NCBI RefSeq assembly: GCF_003918875.1 | Contig: NW_025764915.1 | Location: 682,001 to 746,000 of the forward strand | Reading direction: 5' to 3' | DNA: 64,000 nt | DNA from: Haliotis rubra | Lineage: Eukaryota | Shown: piece by piece, positions 1 through 9,685 of the stretch | How positions within the stretch are numbered: the first letter of the stretch is position 1 | Layout of the letters: each line of letters opens with the position of its first letter | The notes under the pieces: model-generated | Database searches by the model: none | What the model was told of the DNA's origin: nothing | The model's input: only the letters and a program-made list of their open reading frames with translations | Position numbers and translations under genes: made by a program

Positions 1-72
1 ATGTATGGAATCGAACCCGGGCCTTCGGCGTGACGAGCGAACGCATTAAACACTCGGCTACCCCAGCGCCCC
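1..72 (-). mobile_element. tRNA-derived SINE family A, 5' head (cut by window edge)
   Basis: Reverse complement GGGGCGCTGGGGTAGCCGAGTG...GGGTTCGATTCC matches the head of full copies at 37660, 44587 and 47711; Pol III A/B boxes present. Confidence 0.85.
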
Positions 73-82
73 ACGAGCACCG

Positions 83-125
83 ATGGGTTGCTGAAGACCA
101 ATTCTAAGCATTATCTTCACGAGTC
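83..125 (-). mobile_element. Family B retroposon, 5' fragment
   Basis: RC GACTCGTGAAGATAATGCTTAGAATTGGTCTTCAGCAACCCAT matches the family B 5' end. Confidence 0.7.
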
Positions 126-1010
126 CCCACAACATTGGATGTCATATAGTTGCACAATTGCTGAATGGGACGTTAACAAACAAACAAAAAACAAAGCAAA
201 AAACATTATTGAAGATACACACGTCTGGATTGCAGAGTGTCCGGACTAAACAGGTTTTACTGAGATACCCATATTTTAGACACACGAACTGTCAGATGAC
301 CCAAGGGATGGTTATGTAAATAATTACTTCAATAATGAGATATCGGTAACGATGAGACGGAGTCCAGTCTCTCCAGTAATGACGCGACGCTGTTTGGTGT
401 TATTAGTGTTATTGTCACGTGACAATATTGTCACGTGAGTTGTCGAGTCAGTTAATGTCTGACGTGTAATGAGGATCCTGTATCAGTTTATCTTCTGATG
501 TAAACAAATGTTTACGGAGCTATTTTTAGCTGTGAAAACAACGAACAAATTAACAATTCCAGTGTACACTACTAACATGATCAATTATGTGTCCACATGT
601 TCCAGTCCATCTGAGATCAGAATGACCTGTCTGAAAGTTCCAAAACAAGCAATTAAGAAATGGAAACTGTTCTCTCACAATGTAATGATCCGGTCGATAT
701 TTGTATAAATTGTACCAGATTTAAAACTGGGCCGGGGTCACAGAACTTTGCTGTTAGAATGCGCACAATGTCAGTTAAAGGGGGATAATTCTGTTTATTT
801 ATTTACCGAAGCGCTTGTAAAAGCCTTATGTGGTTAAATTTGGATAGTTTGTATTGGGAAAATGACACAGAAACACAGAGACAATATTGTCGAATCCATT
901 CCAGTGTTATGCAAATGATCAAGGACAAAATATATTTGATAATGGCGTCTTATCAACGATAAAATGTTTATTATATTTGTTCCGATAGAATAGCTCTCTC
1001 CTTTACACAG

Positions 1011-1366
1011 GACCGCCTCCGTGGTGTAGTGGTTAGAGCGTCCGCCCGGAGAGCGGAAGGTCGCGGGTTCGATCCCCGACCGCGTCACACCAAAAGACGT
1101 TAAAATATGGTACTTGTTGGTCCCTGCCTGGCGCTCGGCATTAATGGGTACAACAAGGACTGGTCGGCTCGGAGTCAGTATAATGTGTCTGAGTGGGGTA
1201 TTCATGCTTCACTGCGGCATGGTATCTCAGTGGGCTAGCACTATAAAACCAGCTTAAGTCTGGGCTAGTACAAGCAGCCGCACATACACATACACACGCA
1301 TGCACGTCGTCATATGAGCGAAATATTCTCAAGCACGACGTAAAACCCAATTTCACCTCACCTCAC
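1011..1366 (+). mobile_element. Full-length tRNA-headed SINE with Meta(MESC)-like central domain
   Basis: A box (TGGTGTAGTGG), B box (GGTTCGATCCC), then CACCAAAAGACGTTAAAATATGGTACTTGTTGGTCCCTGCCTGGCGCTCGGCATTAA resembling the Meta-SINE domain (from recall). (TCACC)n tail; 13-bp TSD CTCCTTTACACAG at 998-1010 and 1367-1379. Confidence 0.85.
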
Positions 1367-1454
1367 CTCCTTTACACAGATTATATGACTACACTTCGAA
1401 CAATGCCGCCAAAGAGAACATTCACAGCCCGATGAGTTTATAGCTTGTTGGTAA

Positions 1455-1700
1455 TTTCACGAAGCTGCGATCCAAGCAAGCGTGACAGTATATGTCGCAA
1501 GATTGAACCTAGATTAATATCTGTGTAGACGTAAACTGCCGAGCAAAAGTGATGATGGCTTATTATGATGCGAAACATAAGAGGGGCTCCGATTCCGATC
1601 TGTTCATTACTGGAATCATTGTGTTTTGGGATGCAGTGTTTCGGCAACAGTTTTCAGGCTAGTAACGGTTTGATTAACATTTGGGTTTGTTTTTGTCAAG
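1455..1700 (+). pseudogene. Possible decayed CTL-end + PAN-like remnant (plus strand)
   Basis: SRSCDPSKRDSICRK, then ICSLLESLCFGMQCFGNSFQASNG; Cys spacing only. Confidence 0.2.
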
Positions 1701-2539
1701 TCCCATTTCCAAACTTGCCCGGCAGTTTATACAACAGGGATGAATCAAATAAAATACTTATGTTGCTGATTACATATGCATGCAAATACATGTATCCGAG
1801 TTTATTCCGAAGAGATTGTGAAGCCAGATAAATCAATTATCATCTAAGTTGCTCTGTAAGAATTATTCGTGTACGAAGTACAAGGGATAAAGAGAATGCG
1901 TGAAAAGTTGGTGTGTCTGAAACATTTTACGTGCGCTTCGCTCACTAACGGTAAACACTATTTGAACCTAAACAGTAAATAACTATTCATCTCTATTTGC
2001 ACTCAACGGTATCCTCTAAGCTTATTACGTGAAGAAAGGGCACTAGGCTGAACAGCACCAAATCAATGATAATAAAACTGAACAAGTATATAACAATATC
2101 GATCAACCTTGGTGTTGAATACTGTACTGGCTCCATCAAGTTAAACACTATAGGCATTTTGATGGAGCATGACTGGTGCATTGATTGATAAGTAAAATTT
2201 AATAGAATGGAACACAGCTGATAGACTGGCTATAGTGAACCCTGTTCAAACCAAACTTCAGTACAGTATGGTCGTGAAAATAGATTTTTCGCCATTATAT
2301 TATTTTGGTATTTCTTAAACATATTTTGTTAAAAACGTGGATTTTATTAAGATTAAACATCAATGTAGAATGAATACGTTATGCGGGGATTACGTATCGA
2401 AGTCTCTTCGCAGTGTCTTTGTATTTCTGTAGTTTTTAATGTTCCCAAGATTAACGGTAAATGAGTGATTACGAGACCAGTAATCGTTTTGTATTGTTTT
2501 TTTTGTTTTTGTTTGTTTGATGTTTTTTTTGTTTTTTGT

Positions 2540-2721
2540 TTATAATTTAACACTGCACCCATCAATATTTCAGCTATGTAACGGCGGTCTGTAAACAATC
2601 AAATTTGGACCAGACAGTGCTGAGCAGTGATTGTAATGAGCATCGATAATCAGCGAGCCTGACCACCCGATCTCGTTAGTCTCCCTTTCAGACAAGCTTG
2701 GGTTGCCGAAGACCAATTCTG
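2540..2721 (-). mobile_element. Family B retroposon, diverged
   Basis: Similar to 21141-21387 in reverse (GGCGGTCTGTAAA...CCTGACCACCCGATC...GAAGACCAATTCT). Confidence 0.8.
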
Positions 2722-2944
2722 AAATTGTGTGCAAAACTAACCAAGGAATTTGTCTGTCAAATTAAGTATTAGTTTGGGGGTTATATTTAGGAATTAGAAG
2801 AACATGGCTGATGCAGCAGCAAGAAGTAACGATGGAGATTGGAACCATAACATTAGCTGTCACATTAATACACACAGTGCACGAAACCAAAAGTCAATGT
2901 TTATGCGGTTATGCTTCATTGATATTCGTACACACTTGATTCCA

Positions 2945-3091
2945 TCCGTGGCATGGTGGATAGAGGGTCCGACCAGAGAGCGGAAGGCTCCGGTTCGATA
3001 CCGGACCTTGTCATACCAAAAAGACTTAAAAAGATGCTATTTGTTGTTACCCTGCCTAGTTCATCATGGGGTATGGGGACATAAGGGATGA
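2945..3091 (+). mobile_element. Decayed Meta-type SINE head and Meta domain
   Basis: GAGAGCGGAAGG..GGTTCGATACC..TCATACCAAAAAGACTTAAAAAG..CCCTGCCT aligns to 1011-1140. Confidence 0.75.
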
Positions 3092-3762
3092 CCAGAGTCA
3101 GTAACCCGTGTCAGAGTAGGGTATTCATGTTTAGCCTCAGTATGCAATTTCAATGCACTTGGGAACTTGGTAACTATATCACTACCAGCACAAGCTCGTC
3201 AGAGTCAGTAACCTGTGTCAGAGTGGGGTATTCATGTTCCACTTCAGCATGGTATCTCAATGGACTTGGGAACAATACCACTACCAGTACAAGTTCGTCA
3301 GTCGGTAACCTGTGTCAGAGTAGGGTATTCAGTTTCAAATCAGCATGGTACCTCAATGCACTTGGGACTTGGGAACAATACCACTACCAGCACAAGCTCG
3401 TCAGAGTCAGTAACCTGTGTCAGAGTGGGGTATTCATGTTCCATTTCAGCATGGTATCTCAATGGACTTGGGAACAATGCCACTACCAGTACAAGTTCGT
3501 CAGTCAGTAACCTGTGTCAGAGTAGGGTATTCATGTTTCAAATCAGCATGGTATCTCAATGAACTTGGGAACAATACCACTACCAGTACAAGCTTGTCAG
3601 AGTCAGTAACCTGTGTCAGAGTACGGTATTCATGTTTCAAATCAGCATGGTATCTCAATGAACTTGGGACTTGGGAACTTGGGAACAATACCGCTACCAG
3701 TACAAGCTTGTCAGAGTCAGTAACCTGTGTAAGAGCAGGGTATTCATGATTAACTTCAGCAT
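3092..3762 (+). repeat. ~100-bp tandem array (~6.5 units) derived from Meta-SINE body
   Basis: Units start near 3092, 3200, 3298, 3402, 3501, 3598, 3712. Unit GAGTCAGTAACCTGTGTCAGAGTGGGGTATTCATGTT...GCATGGTATCTCAATG matches SINE 1172-1232. Confidence 0.85.
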
Positions 3763-4595
3763 GAACTTCGGACTTGAGAACTAGGGAACCCTCTCACTCC
3801 CCGCACAACGTGTGCCGTGAGTACATACATTCACATACAAACTCACCCAATAGCTGCTGTAAGCTGTTTCGGTTTCATAAAGTAATCAACAATATTATCT
3901 GCACGGCGTGCTTCAGCCTGGCACAGATAAAAAACACTTTAAGTTCAAGGGAACGTTATCGCCAGCGAACCATCTTTGACCGTTGAAAGCTTATGCCTCG
4001 TTGACGTCATGAGAATACACCACCATTAATATTAATTCCATAGTCTAAATTGGATTTAATAATACGAAGATATACCCATCCGATTTTATTTTACGACCTA
4101 TTCTGACGTCATTGCTATGATAGATAAACGTATCTTGTGTATGCTTATTGATTTCTTGTTTCATCTGTCAACACGCGTATATCTTTCTACATTAAAATAC
4201 TGGTTGTTTGGTCGATATACAACATCTGTCACGCACTTGGCTTCCAGGTGCCGCAATGATATATGCAGAGTTGCGTCCCTTAGATGTGACAGAACACTAT
4301 GACTACTGTCCGGTTTACCCTGATAATGTATCCAGGTACGTCAGCACCTAGACTTGCACAAGTCTCTAAGATCATAATTAATAGTTTAAAAGATAATTTC
4401 TAAATTATATAAATAACAGACTGTATTGCCCGCTTATCTAGACTTGCCTCTTTAAAGGATAGAATTACTGTTCATCCATGGGGTTAGCACTCGATACAGC
4501 CTTGGGGCAAGGCTAGTCAGCACAATACTCATCTCATGGGTTTGATCGAGGTGGATAAGGCCTAACGCCTGCATCATTTAGGTTCAGAGTACCAT

Positions 4596-4662
4596 CGTGA
4601 AGATCCGGGTTGGAACTTGGTCTGTCATCGTAGAAACCCATGCTTTGTCGTCCGGAGAGACT
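4596..4662 (+). mobile_element. Family B retroposon, 5' fragment
   Basis: CGTGAAGATCCGGGTTGGAACTTGGTCT...AACCCATGCTTTGTCG. Confidence 0.65.
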
Positions 4663-4955
4663 ATCTCTGTCTCTGAGATTACAGAAATATTACCCTGTAT
4701 TAAGAATAAGACGTTATGCAACCATCCAACACACATTCTTGGTTTGTATCACATTTAGCCACCTTCAAACGATACTGAATTGTGGCCTGCAGTTTACCGG
4801 AAGAGTTCAAGGGATGAGCTGGTGGAGTATATTTTACTAACGCTTCATTGACTTGTATGTAATTAATACTCGATGTAAACGTAGTCCCAATGACCTTCAT
4901 ACAAATAAACAACTTGACCTTGACTAAGACAGTCCCTGCAGGTAATATTGTAACA

Positions 4956-5432
4956 TTAAGTGGGAAACTGTTCACACAAATAGCTGAATAACCTTATACA
5001 TACAGAAATATTATGAATAAATTTCCAGCCTCTGAGCACGAGTGAATAGCATATTTTAACTGTCTCGACAGACAAGAGTGAGCATTGTTTAACGCCGAAG
5101 GTACCAGACAAGCAAACTGACAACATGCACGATAAACATGCTCTCATCACACCGGCTGGGACTGATTCTTCGCAATGTACCAAATCACTGAGCCTGACTT
5201 TCGCTGAAGGGGCCGTTGTCAGCACAGGCACTACGTATATGTACCCCAGGTGCTTACACAGAAATGTACCCAACACAAATTGAAAATGCAGAATACCGAA
5301 ACGTTACCCGGTCCCCATGTGAGTCCATATTCCGCAGCCCAAAACCGAAAGCGTATGCAGTTATTCCCGTTCAACTGATTGCAGGTTGTATTGTGCATCG
5401 TGAAATATTCGTAACTGTGTATGCTCGTTTCA
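4956..5432 (-). pseudogene. Decayed C-type lectin C-terminus + PAN/apple-like domain
   Basis: NGNNCIRFRFWAAEYGLTWGPGN (ORF 5231-5443), frameshift to TFLCK, then RACLSCMLSVCLSGTFGVKQCSLLS...GWKF (ORF 4956-5276). Truncated upstream by the Tc1 remnant. Confidence 0.5.
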
Positions 5433-5434
5433 TA

Positions 5435-6072
5435 TACTATCAAAAAAGAAACGCATAGACATTTTTATTTTGTAAAAATCTATTAATTACCTATTGTGTT
5501 CAAACAATCGTCAAAATATGTAACAAAAGTGTTTATAACATGATTTTACACAATTGCACAAGTAAAATAAACGACTTTACCTGAAAATGTTGATTTTGAT
5601 GAGATTTCTAACAAGGATTAAAAAGGCATCGCCACAACGCAACAGAAGTCACCTTCCAGTTGAAATTGTGCATCAAAGAGCATGCATTGTCTGGCTGTAA
5701 AAGTCCAGATTACTTTCGGGAATCGGCATTCGTTTTGAAGGAGTTTCAAGGTCAAATCACTACGCCACGTCTTGACGCTGCGACACGGAACACCGCCATT
5801 GAAAGAATGCACGCTGGAGAGTATCAATCTTCTGTTTCCAGGCGTCTGAATGTTAGTCTGAGCACGGCTTGCAACTCGTTACAACCAAACAGGTAATTCC
5901 TATAACCGTCCCCGTACAGGCAGGTCTCGAGTCATCACTGCAGCCCAAGATCGGTACATCCGGGTACTACATTTGCGTGATTGTACTGCCACGGGTGAGA
6001 GAACAGCAGTCAGGGTGCCTGGACTTCGGAGGATATCTGGTCAAACTGTACGGAACAGGTTGAGAGAGATTG
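5435..6072 (+). mobile_element. Tc1/mariner remnant: left terminus + decayed N-terminal transposase
   Basis: TA|TACTATCAAAAAAGAAACGCATAG terminus. 5762-6072 translates with one frameshift as PRLDAATRNTAIERMHAGEYQSSVSRRLNVS.../RYNQTGNSYNRPRTGRSRVITAAQDRYIRVLHLRD...ISGQTVRNRLRE: paired-like HTH, GRPR-type linker and second HTH of Tc1 transposases; no DDE domain. Confidence 0.85.
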
Positions 6073-7359
6073 CAACATCTTATTTTCAGGGTGTCACAAT
6101 AATTATGAGCATATGTATACATACGTTAAGTCGGTCGTGACTTGGGTATTGTGTGTAAACACACACACACACGCACGCACGCACATTTTCCAGAATTATC
6201 GTCGCATTTCCGGTATATGCAAAATATGACTCCACGCAGCTGGTTATTGAGTTTTCTTTTGTAATTCAGTGTTGGCCAGTTTCATTCACAGAGCGAATCA
6301 CCTAGCTCAGAACGTAATATTGAATGAGTTGCTCAGACTCTGCAGTGAGTAGTTTGTCAATAATATCACAAAGTTAGCCTTTAACGTGGGCCTAAAAGAA
6401 CACACAGTAACGCCGATCTTAGACTCTTGTATATTTGGTTAAAGCCGCATATGATAATACTGATAGGAAAAATTATAACACGAGCTAATCTTACATTTGA
6501 GTCCACCAACAGCGGATCCTGATTACAACGGTGTGTAACTCTTCACAAGGTACCGTGATGACTGAGATGCACTTTGTTCCCATTTGCCACACTGACCTAC
6601 AGGCATTTGTCTATATTTCTAGTCAATGGAGAATTCTGTTATCAACAAAACCAATACTCGTCCCTTTTAAAAACACTGGAGACCTGTTATCTTCAGGAAA
6701 TATATATTTCTAACCAGCTAATGTTCTTCAATACGCAAAATCAGAATTATATTTGGCAAGTAGATCTCTAATTAAACTGCATTTATAACCTTTTTTACAG
6801 AACATATAATGAAAAGCGTTGATAACCATCAATCATGAAAACGGTTTGAATTAAACGCAATATTTCTAATACGGCAATGTTGGGAGAGCCTTCAGCGGTG
6901 GTGCCACTAACGCTTATCTCCCTTTGATTGAGACCACCATGTCTTGATCTTGTTTTAAAAACCGGTATTATACAGGTAATCAATGCGGACCTCAACAACT
7001 TTCTGGGTGTGCAACCTGTTGCGCATATGTCAATTACTCTCAGCTGTCGCCAGTGGGGATGGTTGTGGGGCTGGGACAAGTACAGTTGTATCCCAGAATG
7101 TGCCGCTGTGTCGCTATGTAACAGCTTGTATGAAATGAAGTCACAGACAGACAGCCATTGACTGAGTGTTTGTTTATGTGTATGTGTATGTGTATGTGTG
7201 TGTCTGTGTGTGCGAGAGAGAGAGAGGGGGGGGGGGGGGAAGAATTGAGACACTGAAGTTGAGAGAGAGAGAGCGAGAGGGAGGAAGAGTGAAGTTAAAC
7301 AGCGAGTAAAGTTAACGGAAGAAGGCAAAGGTAGCTATGGGGGGAGGCGGGCACAGCAT

Positions 7360-8590
7360 AGAGAAGCTGGACACACAGTAGGACGTTGACACAGAAAGGT
7401 AGACACATTTAGGTTGACTTAGAGATCGAGGTGGACAAACAGAGGGACGTTGACAAAGAGAGACCGGCACAGATATGCGGACATAGAGAGGTGGACACAC
7501 AGAGAGACGTTGACAAAGAGAGATGGACACAGATATGCGGACATAGAGAGGTTGACAAAGAGAGATGGACACAGATATGCGGACATAGAGAGGTGGACAC
7601 GTTGACAAAGAGAGATTGACACAGATATGCGGACATAGAGAGGTGGACACACAGAGGGACGTTGACAAAGAGAGATGGACACAGATATGCGGACATAGAG
7701 AGGTGGACACGTTGACAAAGAGAGATGGACACAGATATGCGGACATGTTTGACAAGAGAGACACATTTAGGTTGACTTAGGATGGACACAGATACACACA
7801 GAGGGACGTTTACGGACATAGCGGACATAGAGAGGTGGACACACAGAGGGACGTTGACAAAGAGAGATGGACACAGATATGCGGACATAGAGAGGTGGAC
7901 ACGTTGACAAAGAGAGATGGACACAGATATGCGGACATAGAGAGGTGGACACATAGAGAGGTGGACACATAGAGGGACATTGCCACAGAAAGGTAGTCAC
8001 ATGTAGGTTAACTTACAGAGGTGGACACACAGAGGGACGTTGACAAAGACAGACGGACACAGATATGCGGACATAGAGAGGTGGACACACAGAAGGACGT
8101 TGACAAAGAGAGATGGACACAGATATGCGGACATAGAGAGGTGGACACATAGAGAAGCTGGACACACAGAGGGACATTGCCACAGAAAGGCAGACACATG
8201 TAGGTTAACTTAGAGAGGTGACACACAGAAGGACGTTGACAAAGACAGACGGACACAGATATGCGGACATAGAGAGGTGGACACACAGAGAAGCTGGACA
8301 CACAGAGGGACGTTGACAAAGACAGACGGACACAGATAAGCGGACATAGAGAGGTGGACACACAGAGGGACGTTTACAAAGAGAGATGGACACAGATATG
8401 CGGACATAGAGAGGTGGACACGTTGACAAAGAATGATGATTACGGATATGCTGACATAGAGAGGCGGACACACAGGGGGACGTTAACAAACAGAGATGGA
8501 CACATATGCTGACATAGAGAGGTGGACACAGATATGCTGACATAGAGAGGTGGAGACTGAGTAGTGGACAGAGAGATGGACGCTGACAGA
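7360..8590 (+). repeat. Modular minisatellite, ~60-bp unit with 42/50-bp variants
   Basis: Unit GTGGACACACAGAGGGACGTTGACAAAGAGAGATGGACACAGATATGCGGACATAGAGAG, many copies; strongly purine-rich plus strand. Confidence 0.95.
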
Positions 8591-8849
8591 GAAAGAGGGG
8601 GTGGGGTAATTAAGGGACTGTTGTGCACATAGAGAAATTGGCGTGGGATATTATCTTCGAGCACTTAACCTGTGGTTTTCGTGGTAATAGGGAGTATGTG
8701 TTTAAGGTACAAAATGTGGTATTCTATTAGTAAATTACACCGTTGCTGCAACTGCCAGAAATGTTCGATATGCCAAGACCTGGTGCACGTGAACGTAGAC
8801 GTTTCATCAACGTCACCTGCCCTCCGTTATCGACCCTCACAGAGAGATT

Positions 8850-9020
8850 TCCCAGTACAACGCTCGACCACAGCTTACATGTGTCACTATAGATTTGAAA
8901 CATAATCAAACATTGGCAATTACGATTGTCCAATATAAACCTGAACAGTATCGCCGTGTACTACAACGTAACCCACCAGGCATTTCCGAATGAATGGGCA
9001 CGAGTGTCACAGGATCGAAA
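8850..9020 (-). pseudogene. Decayed CTL-end + PAN-like domain
   Basis: RSCDTR/PFIRK then YCSGL/LDNRNCQCLIMFQIYSDTCKLWSS (PAN-like C-x3-(C)-x5-C...F...C-x-L) with frameshifts. Confidence 0.45.
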
Positions 9021-9190
9021 TCAGTGACTCATTCAGTCAATGGGTGGCATGGCTGAACTGTGGTACAACCTACTGGAGGTCATCAGGTACAGACGTTAAC
9101 GCTGTCATATCACGCTGTGTGAACATTTGCGGGACAATTATACGGTTGTTGTAACCTCGAGACACCGAATACGAATTACAGCCAAACTGT

Positions 9191-9348
9191 AGACTAACAA
9201 TTAGCCTCTGAAATTAAAATATTTTACAGAAAAAAAGCTCCTAAAAAAATAAGACATAGTGAAAAGGAGCCCTGAGACTTTCTTCCCTGAAGCTGTGGAA
9301 ATCTAGATTTCTTGGATATATTTGTTTCAGGGTCTGTATGACAGACTA
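9191..9348. mobile_element. Non-autonomous Academ-like element, copy 1
   Basis: AGACTAACAATTAGCCTCTGAAAT...TTTGTTTCAGGGTCTGTATGACAGACTA shared by 4 copies; degenerate 10-bp flanks GCCAAACTGT/CCAAAACTGA. Confidence 0.6.
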
Positions 9349-9484
9349 CCAAAACTGAGAGATAGGCGCTAAGAATGCTGGATATACTTTTCAAGACTCA
9401 GAGAAGGAGATAGAGAGAGAGAGAAGGGGGGGGGGGAGAGAGAGAGAGATGAAAATATGAAAACATACTATTAAGTGACAAAGG

Positions 9485-9685
9485 TTGTGTACATGTGCTA
9501 AATACACGTTATTATCCATACCGACAGACATACGATCAGTAAATACACCGAATACATATTATAACCCATACTAAGAGACGAATGATAACTACATGCTTTG
9601 AATACACATTATAACCCATTCCATATGTACTGGATACACAGTATAACTAATACTGAGAGACAAATGACAACTAAATTATCTGAAT
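9485..9685 (+). repeat. ~45-bp diverged minisatellite, left part
   Basis: Unit ~CTGAATACACATTATAACCCATACTAAGAGACAAATGATAACTAAAT; continues at 12721. Confidence 0.8.

Noticed and set aside
1011-1085. tRNA gene (likewise heads at 37312, 37660, 44587, 47711)
   Set aside because: tRNA-like heads continue into SINE bodies and tails with TSDs; no proper acceptor stem or poly-T terminator.
3088-3749. Repetitive Ser/Thr-rich ORFs
   Set aside because: Products of the SINE-derived tandem array.
7312-8664. Long Cys-rich ORFs (up to 181 aa)
   Set aside because: Translations of a minisatellite, open in several frames at once.
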